From: Rhynchopus sp. YZ270_cl-10
Lineage: Eukaryota
NCBI GenBank assembly: GCA_964035575.1
Contig: OZ037834.1
Span: forward strand, 496,001 to 560,000
DNA length: 64,000 nt
Direction: 5' to 3'
In this document: positions 11,268 through 22,931 of the stretch, piece by piece
Position numbering within the stretch: the first letter of the stretch is position 1
Layout: every line of letters starts with the position of its first letter
Program-made: the position numbers and the translations under genes
The notes under the pieces: generated by a model
Databases searched by the model: none
Told to the model about the DNA's origin: nothing
Seen by the model: only the letters and a program-made list of their open reading frames with translations

Positions 11268-11610
11268 CAGTGACTATGTGTTTGCTCTCCCTAGAGGGGA
11301 GAGTGTTCATACGGGGCAATTCCCGTTTTTTTTTAGTTTTTTTTAGTTGAAAACTTGATTGCATTGGTGTGAACACACCCCCCCGAGGATGAGCGTTCCA
11401 CCAGCTCCGTTGCACAGCGAGTTTTGGTTGGAGGTGTGCACCTACATCAATGACCATTTGTGTAAGGTGCACTGTTCAACGAGAGGGGGGGGCTTTTTTG
11501 TATTTCAAGGTCAACTTTTTTGTTTGTCGTCTCTAGAACGAATTTGTACCGTAGAAAAAAAAATGAAACAAAAAACATACAAAAAAAAATATTCTTCCTA
11601 CTCTTACTAT

Positions 11611-11700
11611 CACGGATGCTGCCAGATCTGGCTCGTTTTCCAGATGTGGAGATCTGGTTTCCAGATCTGGGAGATCTGGGCAGATCTGGCAGCATCCGTG
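11611..11700. mobile_element. 90-bp MITE
   Basis: Perfect 20-bp TIR CACGGATGCTGCCAGATCTG. Internal AGATCTGG repeats. Flanks TACTAT / TACTAC. Confidence 0.8.
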
Positions 11701-12769
11701 TACTACGCCTCTCTTCCTTTTTTTCAATGAGGCTAGACAAAAAAAGATTTTTTTGCAATGGGCTCAAAGGTACCTCTTGCAGAGCCTTTATGTACCTTTT
11801 TTTTTTTTCAACTCCACTTTTTTTAGACTGTTCATTTTGATTTTTCTCCTCTCCATTTGGAAATCCACCACGGTGTCTTTCCTCCTTTTTTGTTTCCCTC
11901 CTTTTTTTAGAACCCACAAAAAACACACTCTGCCATACTTTCCGTAAGATATCCTCTAACGCTATAGAACTCAATCTTACCAATTTTCCCCTCTTTTTTT
12001 TTTTTTTTTTTTAATTGTCCGAATAATCCGTTGTTTGTATCTGTACTGTCCCCCTTCCCCCCACAATCACCTTTTTTTTTTGTACCTATTTTCTGACGTC
12101 CCAACGTCGTTTTTTTTTTTTTGAATCCCGATTTTTTGAAGCTCTCAAGTGACCGACTAAAACAAAATGAGGGGAAATGATGTAGTCTTTTCCGAGACAT
12201 TTTTTTTTGTCTTTCAAAAAAAAAAATAATTTTTTCTCTCTTTTTCACTGTAACCTACCTGCTCTTGGGTTTCTATTATGTCTCCGTTCGTTTCTTGATG
12301 AGTAGTGAGGAGGAGGGACGGAGAAAAACGGTAACCACGAAACGGCAATAGGACAGACGATGGCTGCGTGCTGACCACCTATATGGGTAGCATCCCGCTT
12401 GTCGAAGTGTCAAAAAAAAAAGAAAAGGTTGGAAAAGTGGAGAGGTTGCACAACTGTGGCAACACAACCTGAGGCAACTACACTACTCCAACAATTTATC
12501 AAAAAAAGAAAAATTTACCGTTTGTCAGTGTCACGCTGCCCATCTCGTAGGTTACAGCACAGCAAAGCAATGTAGTGAAAAGACGTGTCGAAAAGGTGAC
12601 TACATAAACCCCCAACAGATAAACAATAAAAAATACATCTGGTTGGTTAGGTACCTTACTTTGTTCACAAAAAAAAAGAAAAGAAAAAGTAAATGTCAAA
12701 ATTTTCTCCCTCCTCTTCTTCGCACCCTCCCTCTCCCCCCAGCAATCTCGCAGTGTTGCTATTTGGGGA

Positions 12770-12925
12770 TTTTTTTTTTGCGCGCCTGCTGCCATCCTTA
12801 GATGTGGTAGCCGTGTTCTGGTGCTCCCTCTCCGGAATCGAACCCTAATTCCCCGTTACCCGTTACAGCCACGGTAGTCCACTACACTACCATCAAAAAA
12901 GCTGATATGGCAGATACTCCTGCGG
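12770..12925 (-). pseudogene. 18S (SSU) rRNA gene fragment
   Basis: Reverse complement reads ...CTGCCATATCAGC...GATGGTAGTGTAGTGGACTACC...ACGGGTAACGGGGAATTAGGGTTCGATTCCGGAGAGGGAGC...CGGCTACCACATCTAAGGATGGCAGCAGGCGCGCAAA, the conserved eukaryotic SSU 5'-domain block. No flanking rDNA. Confidence 0.9.
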
Positions 12926-13217
12926 GCTTTGCACCAGATCAAGTCTTTGTGTTCTATCGCTCGGTTGACCTGTTTCATCCAAAGAACCACTGCTATTGCT
13001 AGCGTCGCTGCGGAGCAACACCCACAACATCACCCCCAAAGAAAATCATCTTACAGTGCTACACACCCACATAAAGGCACCCCCCCTTCCCTGACAAAAA
13101 CCAAAAAAGACCAAACATCAGTCTTGATTGGTTGCTTGGCAGCTTCTCTCCCCCCCCTTCCCCCCCTTTTTTTTTTGTTTTCTTAAGTAACCCCGAAATC
13201 GAAAAGAAAAAGACAAA

Positions 13218-16149
13218 ATGTCAGCAAAACAAGGTGTGGTGGAGAAGATGCTCCAGAAGGACAGAGCAATCCCTGATGTCCCACCACCGAACTGGGAGCC
13301 GTTACCGAGGAACAAGGTATGGATCAGACATATTTTATTTAAAAATGACACAACAGACCACCATATCATGGGCACACTACTAGTTTTTTTTAAAGGGACA
13401 TGCAGTGTAGTGGGGGAATAAACTAGTAGATGCTTCAACGCAACAAACGAACAACAACAGACACAAGTAACTTTTTGGAGGAAAGTGGTACTACTAAGTC
13501 ATAACGACTCAGTGCTAAACTCTACCAATAGATCTCATAGAACTATTCATAAAAAAACAAGCACTGTTTGCTTGACCTACTATTCATTTGAACTAAGTGT
13601 TTTGAAGCACTACTAGTAGTCCCCCCCCCCTCTGACTATTCTGCTGTGGTTACAGTCCCGCCTCTAATTAGTGAATTTCTAATTTATAAATTCGACCAAA
13701 TCTGAAAATATTTAATTAGCGACTTTATAAATTAGAACGTCACTAATTAAGATTTTATAAATTAGCTTGTCCACCCAAATCCCAGTCTGAATCTCTACAA
13801 GACTATCTGCATCTTTCTCTCCGACCATCATGTCTGTCTCCACCACGGAATGAACGGAAAAAATGAAAGAAATATGCCGAAGATGTGACCATCGTCGAGC
13901 AGGCTGTCCTCACCGCCCCGGAGATTGTCACCATCACAGACAACGCCATGGCGGATGACAGAGAAGTTGAAAGTGCCAGCCTCACCGTTCATCGGCGGAC
14001 GCAGGCACTGATGACAGACCGCACGCTGATGTGATGGCGTGGTGGAATGACGCTCACCCAGGACGCCATATTTCTGCTCCCACCATCTCCAAGTACAAAA
14101 CCCACAAAAAGAGAGCGGTTCGTACTTCACCCAAGGCTCTTTTGAACCCCGAGGAGCTGAAGAGGTTTCTCAACCTTACGGGGATGACCCGCAAGTTCAA
14201 CAGCCAACCGATTTGCGTCGCTTGCGAGGGGGATGGTGGTGAAGACGAGGCGGGACACGCCTCGGTGTAACCGACTCCTGGTGCCAGGTCTTTTCATCTC
14301 GTGGGCGAAATAGACCATGGAGGTGAACGGCATGCGCGTCCGCACAGCCACCACCGACCGCACCGTTTTTTACCTCCGTGTATCACTGATTACACACCTC
14401 CTTTTCCACATATTCCTCCAACAGAACCCGCACAAACCCGTCGTCACTTGTGCAGGCAAAAAAATTTTTTTCGGCTCCGCCGGGGAAAATAAATTCAATA
14501 ACTTAGTATTCCCCCCCGAAAAATAAATTAATTCACGACTTTATAAATTAGAACGTCACTAATTAGGATTTTATAAAATAAAACGCTATTAATAATAGGC
14601 GGGACTGTAACATTTTCTCTCTCTTCTATCATAATTTTATCTTCTTTTTTTGTTCTCCTTTTTGTCAGGTATTCGACAGCAAAAACATGCCCATTTTGGC
14701 AAATCTGAAGGCACATTTCTTGAAGGAAGGCCTCCTCGCAGAACGGGACGCAGCAGAGCTGGTCAACCGCGCCGCAACGATTCTGAGAAAAGAACCGAAC
14801 CTGCTGCGTCTGAACGACCCTATCACCGTCTGCGGCGACGTGCACGGCCAGTTTTACGATCTCTGCAAATTGTTCGAAATCGGAGGCGATCCGCACGACC
14901 AGCAGTACCTCTTTTTGGGCGATTTTGTGGACCGTGGGTGCTTTGGGTGCGAAGTGGTGTTTTATTTGATGGCAGTTAAGCTGCGACACCCGGACACCTT
15001 CTTCATGCTCCGTGGCAACCACGAATGCCGCCACTTGACCGCATACTTCAACTTCAAAGCAGAATGCCTTTACAAATACAGCCAAACGACCTACGACCAG
15101 ATCATGTCCTGTTTCGACTGTCTCCCGATTGCCTCTGTTCTCAACGGAAGATTCCTTTGTGTACACGGCGGGTTGAGTCCTGACATCCGTAATGTTGAGG
15201 ACATCAACGCTATTCATCGTTTCAGGGAACCGCCATCTTCAGGACCTATGTGCGATCTGCTCTGGAGCGACCCCATGGACGAAGAGGAGGAAGAGTATTC
15301 CCCAGAGGCCCTGTACGTGCACAACGACCTGAGAGGGTGCTCCTATGTGTTCTCGTACAACGCGGTGTGTCAGTTCCTGGTGAACAACAACCTGCTCTCG
15401 GTGATTCGTGCGCATGAAGCCCAAGATGAAGGGTACCGTCTATACAAGAAATCCTCCACAGGGTTCCCGTCAGTGATCTGCATCTTCAGTGCGCCCAACT
15501 ATTGTGATTCGTACGACAACAAGGCAGCGATCATCCGTTTCCAGAACAACCTGATGAACATCAGGCAGTTCAACAGCAGCCCCCATCCGTACTACCTCCC
15601 GAACTTTATGAACGCCTTTACCTGGTCCATGCCGTTCGTTGCAGAAAAGGTATGAGGCATTCTTTTTGAAAATACTGGTGTGGCTGAAAGGGGGTGCTAC
15701 TTTCTGCTATATTCTGCTATTCTGGGCATCTGTATTTTTTGGTGTGGCTGAAGGGAGGTGCTATTTGTGCTACTTTCTGCTATTTTGGGGTCGTCAGCCA
15801 CACCATGAATCTAATTCTTTGTTAACCCCCTTTACCACAGGTGACCGACATGCTCATCACAATCTGGGATCTGGTGAAGGAATCCGAACAGGAACAAGAA
15901 GACAAACTGCAGGAACGGGGTCAGCACCTCAAGAACAAGATCATGGCAATGGGCAAGATGGCAAAGATCTTCAAGACATTGAGAGAGGAGAACGAGTCAG
16001 TTGTTATGCTGAAGGGGCTGGCAGGGGGGCAGGTGCCGGTGGGTGTTCTGCAACAAGGCCCTGATGCGGTCAAAGCATCGATCTGTTCCTTCCAAGGCGC
16101 AAGAACGATGGACCGTGGAAATGAAAAACGCCCCAATTTCCAGGGATAA
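13218..16149 (+). CDS. CNA: Calcineurin A (PP2B catalytic subunit), ~462 aa; exons 13218-13316, 14669-15649, 15841-16149
   Basis: GDVHG, GDFVDRG, LRGNHE, SAPNY; CnB-binding [16 protein letters not shown]; CaM-binding [22 protein letters not shown]; autoinhibitory [16 protein letters not shown]. Splicing restores [14 protein letters not shown]. Confidence 0.95.
13653..14607 (+). mobile_element. Tc1/mariner/pogo-like deletion derivative (955 bp) in calcineurin intron 1
   Basis: TA|CAGTCCCGCCT ... AGGCGGGACTG|TA. Subterminal repeat GACTTTATAAATTAGAACGTCACTAATTA near both ends. Internal decayed frame with CVAC...RSFHL (PHD-like). Confidence 0.85.
15676..15805. mobile_element. TGGTG...CACCA MITE (compound copy) in calcineurin intron 2. 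Clean copies of the same subfamily: 58704-58780, 63886-63958
   Basis: TIR TGGTGTGGCTGA / TC(A/G)GCCACACCA. Clean copies have 5-bp TSDs TATAT and ACTTC. Confidence 0.85.
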
Positions 16150-16179
16150 AAAAAAAATAACAAAAAAATGGTAAAAAAA

Positions 16180-16230
16180 TAGTGAAGCGCATCCTCGGGG
16201 TGTTTACACTAATCCAAGTTTTCAAAAAAA
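16180..16230 (+). repeat. Short hairpin repeat family F (~48 nt). Others 11346-11403 (-), 17329, 18851 (split), 22238, 28515, 40649 (split), 59076
   Basis: Consensus TAGTGGAGTGCATCCTCGGGTG(T/G)CTACACTAATCCAAGTTTTC(A)n. Flanking direct repeats CAAAAAAATGG (16180 copy) and AATAAAT (59076 copy). Confidence 0.85.
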
Positions 16231-18867
16231 TGGCAATCTTGGAATGATAACATATACTAGGGTTTGGGGTGAAGGGTGGGGTGCAATTCTACACATTTTA
16301 TATCAACAGTTTTAATTTTAAATACCAGAGGCGTAAAATATGCGTTTATGGAAAATACAAAAAAAAAAAACACAAAAAAACAAAACAAAACAAAAAAAAA
16401 GCGGAACGAAATTTGACCAACAAAAGAAAAACTGTATCAAATATTGTTTCTCAGAACTGGTACACAGAAAAAGACAAAAAAAAAAAAATACGTATTGCAC
16501 GTGAGCAAGATCTTACACAGAAGGGGTGAGGGGGATGGGGGGGATTGGTTCATGTATAAAAAAACAAAAAAAAAACACACACACACACACACACACACAT
16601 ACTGTGCAGTGCACATTCGGGTTTTGAGATTGGAGCAGGTTATTACCGTACATTTTGTATTTTCCTTTTTGGCAAAACACAAAAAAGTGAAAATAAAACA
16701 CGGGGCGGGGCAACAGTATTGTGTATCATTGGTAAATCAATGTTATTTCAATATAGGTGAGTGACGACACCCCCTTTTTTTCCAGTTGTTGTGTGCACGT
16801 TTAGGAAGGCAACTTCCTCTTTAGCCCCACCGACTCCATTTTTTTGGAGCTTCCAGGACCGTGCACTGCTCCGTTCCCTGAAAAGGAATGGTAATAGTTT
16901 TTACAAAACAAAACAAAAAATGGAAAAAAAAATGGGATCGAGTTGATGTAGCTAATTGATGTTCTATTTTTATATGCAGTGTGTGTGCACATTCAGCTTT
17001 TTCATTTTCATTTTTTTTTTTTTTTATATTTTTTTGCTTCTCCTCTTTCCCATACAGGCTCTAGTTCTTCGCCTCCCACTGCCCCCTTCCCCACCTCCTT
17101 CACACATTTATTGGGTCTTACTCCGAGCAGGAATTACCCATTAGTTAACATGCCTGATTTCAAACACAACGCGTGGAGTTCACACACAGGTTGTGGTCTA
17201 CACGGTGTCAATTTTTCAAAATAAGGGTTTGGATGACATTGGATGATCGTTACCCCACCCCGGCTGGTGTAAAAGATCAATAGATGTTTTTCTGTCGAGA
17301 CAATGGAGAGAAAAAGAGAGAAAAAATATAGTGAAGTTCATCTTCGGGTGTCTACACTAAAACAACCAAGTTTTTCAGAAGAAAAAGAAAAAAAAAATAG
17401 CACACACTCACTCCACACACCCTCTTGAAAAACCCGCTTTGCAGCCCTATGAATAGAGCTGCATCTTCCTCACTGTATTGTACCAATCTCTGCAGTGAAG
17501 CTTTTTTGAGGTTTTTTTTGAGGTCTTTTGTGCGCACAAAACAAAGTACCCGTCTTCTTCCCCCTTTTTCTTCTCCAGATACTCTGTTCACGAGAGGGCT
17601 GTTGTATTTTCAAGTCTACTTTTCTTTTTGTGTGTGTACAAAGCTTGTGAGATACTTGCTACCCCCCTTTTTTAAAAGGAAAGTGTGTGTGTGTGTATTT
17701 CCCCCATTCGGGGAGACATGACTAAGCAGTTTTTGTGTGGAAAAAAATCGGGTCATTTCTTGTTTTTTTTTGGCTGGCATCGTACAGTGGGTCAGTTGGA
17801 GGTGCCTGCATTTATAACTTCACTTTTTTTTTTTCTTCTTGAGAAGGGGTAACATTGTGATGATTGTGTTTTGCAAAAAAAGGGGAAAATGGTGGTCATG
17901 TCTGCAAAGGCTCAAGCAGCGTTTTTCCTTTTTATTTTATTTTATTTTTGAAGTATTGCTGGAGTGTAGTTGCCACCTCTGCAAGCATTTTTTTTTTTCC
18001 TCTTCTTGCTAGGTGACCAAGCACTGTTGGACTTACTATTCACTCTTACCACTACTACTTTTTTCTTTTTAAAACCCCCTCTCGCCTAATATTCACGTAC
18101 GCCTATTATACAAGTTATGCGTATTATTCACGTTTAGAAACGTGAATATTAGGCAAGGGGGGGGATTTACTTTTTTTCTATTTCATTTTCTTAAAACGGG
18201 TTTTCGGGTATATGGGTGGGCAGCAGAGTTAACACTTCCTGTTTTTTTTTTTTATATCTCTCCTTTTTCCTTTTTCTACTGTATTTGCATTCAAATATAC
18301 TGTGGTAGTGACGGCCCAGTCCACATTTTATTTTTTTCAATTTTTCTTTTCCCCCTCTTTTGTTTGAACGCGAGTCTTCTTTTTTTTGTCAAATGAACGA
18401 ACTAAAAAAGGTCCCTTTTTTTCCAAAAGAAATAAAAAGTGAAAGTGGTGTGGAGTGGAAAAAAATATATATTTCACAAAGAGGGGGGTGTGTGCATAAT
18501 GGTAGTGGCCACGACTCAATAACAATGTCAGCTTGCTTCCATATTTTTTTTCTTTTTTCCGGTCTCAAAGAGGTTTCCTCTTGGCCAGGTAGTCAGTGGG
18601 AGCGTATTTTGCAGTAATAAAAATATATCAACACAGAAATATTTTATTACACACTTTTACGCACACAAAACAATGTCAATGCGTTTTTGTGGGGGTTTAT
18701 ATTTATACAGCAAGGATGTATTGAGGCTTTTCTAAACCTAAATTGGTAAAGTGAAGACATTAATACATAATGGAAGAATGGCAATGCCAAGAAAACAAAA
18801 AAATCCAAAGAATTTGTTGAACGAAAACATAAAAGTGGAAAAAAATAATATAGTGGAGTGCATCCTA

Positions 18868-19401
18868 CTGGGGGGGAGCTATTAAAGTATACGTATACTT
18901 TATTCGGCGGGAATTACTGCTTAAATGGCCAAAAAACGAAAAGGGAAAAAAAAAAAAAATCACTGTTCTTTTGGGGCTTCTAGTGGCCGAAACCTCGCGA
19001 AAACACCACCATTGACATTTTTGGGCCAATCCCAGCCAGTGGTGGGGTCAATGTGGAAAAATGAACAATTTTTTGGTGACTTAAATTTTCACAAATCTGA
19101 ACCCTATCAGCACCAATCGTGTAAAAACTGATACACGCGTTTTAGGTCAAAAATACTCATTTCTCAGCGCAAAGTGACCCCATCACAGCACGCACAGAAT
19201 CCGGACCACCGAAATCAAAAAAAAATTTTTTCGATTTTTTGTGCAAAAAATGCTGTAAAAAAATTTTAGTAAGAAAAATGTACACAAAAACCGTATACTT
19301 TATTTCACAGATTTCCACGCTCAAAATGGGTTTCCGCACCGTATACTTTATTACCCCCGTATACTTTATTAGCACCGTATACTTTATTAGCCCCCCCCCA
19401 G
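18868..19401. mobile_element. TA-flanked MITE (534 bp) inserted in a family-F copy
   Basis: TA|CTGGGGGGGAGCTATTAAAGTATACG ... CGTATACTTTATTAGCCCCCCCCCAG|TA. Repeated CCGTATACTTTATT motifs. Confidence 0.85.
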
Positions 19402-19412
19402 TAGGGGGGCTA

Positions 19413-19619
19413 CACGACGGTGAAGTATAGTACATTACAAGTGAAGTTACATGTAACGTTACAAGTGAAAAACCGTTACAAGTGAGTTACAAGTGGGATA
19501 CATGAATTACAGGCAAAATCAGGTTGTAACTGGTGGGTTACAAGTGAGTTACATGTAACAAAAGTTACATGTAACTCACTTGTAACTCCACTTGTAACAC
19601 CCGTTACTTCACCGTCGTG
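19413..19619. mobile_element. CACGACGG-ended MITE. Relatives 20179-20319, 37166-39008, 59949-60153
   Basis: TIR CACGACGGTGAAGT or CACGACGGGACCCAGTGAC. 2-bp flanks TA, TA, TA and AA. Interiors made of (T/G)ACAAGTGA / ACATG repeats. Confidence 0.9.
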
Positions 19620-20977
19620 TACACTCAGAGATTTATACACCATAGTAGAACTGAGGCTGAACCTCACTTTTGAAAAAAAAAAAAAACTTTTGCAGATTTC
19701 GGGAACCCTCCCTGGGCAGTACAACGATGATACTTCAATCTTAAGTTCATTTCTTCCAAAAAAAGCCCCTCCGTGCCTCCAGCCCCCTCAGGAACAGCAA
19801 CCTCACTTTTTTTGCACTTTTGGTAAGGAAAAAAATCGTATATAATAGCCTGGCTACACTACTACAAAAAAAAAAAAAGAAACGGACAAAAAAAAAAAAT
19901 CTTTTCAACACAACAAAAGCAAAAAAAAAAGCAAGCAAAACAAACAAAATAATAAAAACACTCACATCTGGTCCCCAATTATCTGTGTTCCCATTTATCC
20001 TCATTCTTTTCCTCTTCCCCCCTTTCCCCCTTTCCCCCCATCCCGCCCCTTTTCCTAAAAAGAGATACTTAAGAAAACTTTAATATGCAAGGAGAAAATC
20101 GATGTTTTTTTTGTACTGTGCTGGTTTTTTTTGTGTGCACATAGCAGACTACTCAGGGGGTGACTACTAGTAGTGTTACACGACGGGACCCAGTGACAAG
20201 TGAAAATGACAAGTGAAAAAGGTGACAAATAAATCACTTGTCATGACAAGTGACTTTTTTGAGTGACAAGCGACAAGTGAAATGACATGTGATTTCACTT
20301 GTCACTGGGTACCGTCGTGTACTAGTCCTAATGATGAATCTAACAACATCTGAATTTCACGACTCCTTTTACTATGTCATTAGCTAGAGTAGGTAGTTCC
20401 ACTATACAGGTGGCCTCGAGACCGAGGATATAAAGGTAGATCGCTGAGGGGCAAAAAAATGTGGGGAAAATATCGCAACATTTTTCTTTTCCCCAAACAC
20501 CCCGCAAACCCGCAAACGCAAAAATCCAAAAGGCGCCCTGCAGGGACAGGCAGTGTTGCTGGACTGCTTGCAGAGGACGTCGTCATGACGGGGGTCACCC
20601 TCGATAATGACGTTCGTCATGATGCCTTATAACGCCCTTACGAGACCACCATGTAGTGCTGCCCCTGACTAGTCTGTCATGAAATCAAAGGGTAGGTAAG
20701 AGCAAAGGGTGAATGAATACATGATGTTTTGCATTCATGATTTCATTTTTTTTTTTTTTTTTCTTTTTCTTCTTCTTTTCCCCCCCTTTCCCCCCGCCTT
20801 CTTCTCAAAAGAAATGAGAGTCTTGCGTATATCCAATGATATCCACAAAAACCTCTTCTTTTCAAAAAAAAAAAAAGTTCAAAAAAAAGTGTCATTGAGG
20901 ACTACCGTCTTCAATCTACCGACAGAAAAAAAATGGGGGGTTTTAGTTTTTTTTTTTTTTTTTTTTTGAAATTTTGT

Positions 20978-21600
20978 CAGGGGTTAAGTTAGCTTTTTTT
21001 TTTTCTCGCTGAGTCGGGTTTTCTGGGTTTTTTTCGGTTTTTCTGGATTTTGCGAAAAATAACCCATTCCCTCCGCGAGCGCAGCGAGCGGGAAAATTTT
21101 TAAGGTGCACCTCCGCGAGCGTAGCGAGCGGGGAAAAAATTCCGCAATTTTTGGGCAAAGTTCAAAAATCCCACTAAAAAATGGGGGGACCCTGGGGATT
21201 TTTGGATTTGTCCTAACAATTTTGGAGCATAAATTTGAAGAACAGGACTGGTGTACCCCTCACCAACCTCAGTTCCCACTTCCTGCCTCATCCGCACTCT
21301 CGCAACACTAGTACTGAACCCGAAGTTCGCCAGAGATCCCTGTTGCCTCTTCATATGAATAATTCCCAGTTCTGACGGGGGTTTGTTTGGGTCGGGAGGA
21401 TATTTTTTTTCTTAGAGGGTGGGGCGGGAGGGGGCTCCGCCCCCACCCCTACCCCACCTTCCCAGCCTACACCACCCAAAAATTTGGATTTTTCGTTTTT
21501 TTTTTTTTCAGATTCCATTTTTTTTTTTTTTTTTTGAAAAACCCGAAAACCCGAAAACCGGGTTTTGAAAACCCAGAAACCCGCCCTAACTTAACCCCTG
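20978..21600. mobile_element. CAGGG-ended (hAT-like) element, 623 bp, 7-bp TSD
   Basis: TIR CAGGGGTTAAGTTAG / CTAACTTAACCCCTG. ATTTTGT on both sides. Shares GCGAGCG(C/T)AGCGAGCG motifs with the 4232 element. Confidence 0.85.
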
Positions 21601-21735
21601 ATTTTGTGCAGGCTGTGAGCTTTAATTCATTTTTCCAGCCATGGTGTTGTGGTAGGGTCCATGCACCACAAAAAAGGTACCACTGATATAAGAGGGATTT
21701 ATAACCCAAGTAACAGAACATTGCTCTCCTGGGGG

Positions 21736-21868
21736 GTAATGGTGGCAGTATTGTGATGGAAGCCCATTGGAATACGCAAAAATACATCAAAATACATCAC
21801 AATACACGTGCATTGTGATGTATTTTGCGTATACCAAATGGCACCCATCACAATACTGCCACCATTAC
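21736..21868. mobile_element. Near-palindromic MITE (~135 bp), second copy ~22512-22646
   Basis: GTAATGGTGGCAGTATTGTGATGG ... CCATCACAATACTGCCACCATTAC. Confidence 0.85.
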
Positions 21869-22931
21869 TGGGGGGGTTTGATAACATGAAGGACATTGCG
21901 TCCCCTGGTGTCTCGGAGAGGGCGTTGTTATTAAGGTGACTAAGGACAGAGAGGCTTAGGTTCATCTTATAAAACTTTTCTTTTTTATTTGCACATAACA
22001 GCTTCACATTTCATATTTCAAGTCGTAAATATTCTTTAATCTAGATGTTCTTGCTTTGTACACAAAAAAAGGTTATATTTATGGTGAAAAATACACAAAA
22101 TCTTCCCCCCCCCAAAACTGCCCCACAAAAAACCTTGCACTCAACAAGACAAAAATACAGAAGCAAAAACGGCAAATAAAAGCAGAAGGAATCTTAAATA
22201 GGAAAAAGGAAACAAAAAAAAATGCAAAGAGTTTTGTATAGAGTAGTATTCTTTGGGTGACTACGCTAATACAGACTTTCAGTTTTTCAAAAAAACTAAA
22301 AAAAAAAAGAGAGAGAGAGAGCGGACGGCTTTATGTTTGTACAGAACCCGTCCTCGTACATTGTGATTGACGATACTATTAAAATAAGACAAAAAAAAAA
22401 AACAACAAAAAAAAGCTACAAAAATATTACAAAAACAAAGTACCCGCCCAAATCCCTTTTTCCTTCATATCACTATCTATCTAGCGTTCAGGTTCCATAC
22501 CTTCACCACCAGGGTAATGGTGGCAGTATTGTGATGGGGACTCCATTGGAATACGCAAAAAATACATCAAAAATACATCACAATGTATTTTGCTGTATTT
22601 TTGCGTATTCCAATGGGCTTCCCATCACAATACTGCCATCATTGCCACAGGGGGTCCTGTTTCCTCTGCATCTGGAGAGATGACATTATCCCTGACAACT
22701 CCGTTTGTGGAAGACATGGATGATTTTTCCTCCTCTTTTTTGGTCAACAAAAAAGAGGAGACGACGTTGGACAAAACTTCATCTTTCGATTGAAAATGGT
22801 ATCTTAATCATTTCTTCCGTGTACACCACCACCACTCACAACGCAGGGGCATTCATTGGGGATATATTATTGACTTTTGTTTTTTTTGTTTTTTTGTGCT
22901 ACACACAACGCAAGTCCTGCAGTCCAGCACA

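Noticed and set aside
16180..16230. Family F/B AGTGGAG...CACT and TCCAAG resemble twister ribozyme segments
   Set aside because: No P4 hairpin presenting the L4 loop, no UAA cleavage strand and no T1/T2 pseudoknot pairs.
16830..16870. ATTTTTTGGAGC...CCAGGACCGTGCAC resembles the vertebrate U2 Sm site and 3' end
   Set aside because: No U2 5' half or branch-point recognition sequence. Likely coincidence.
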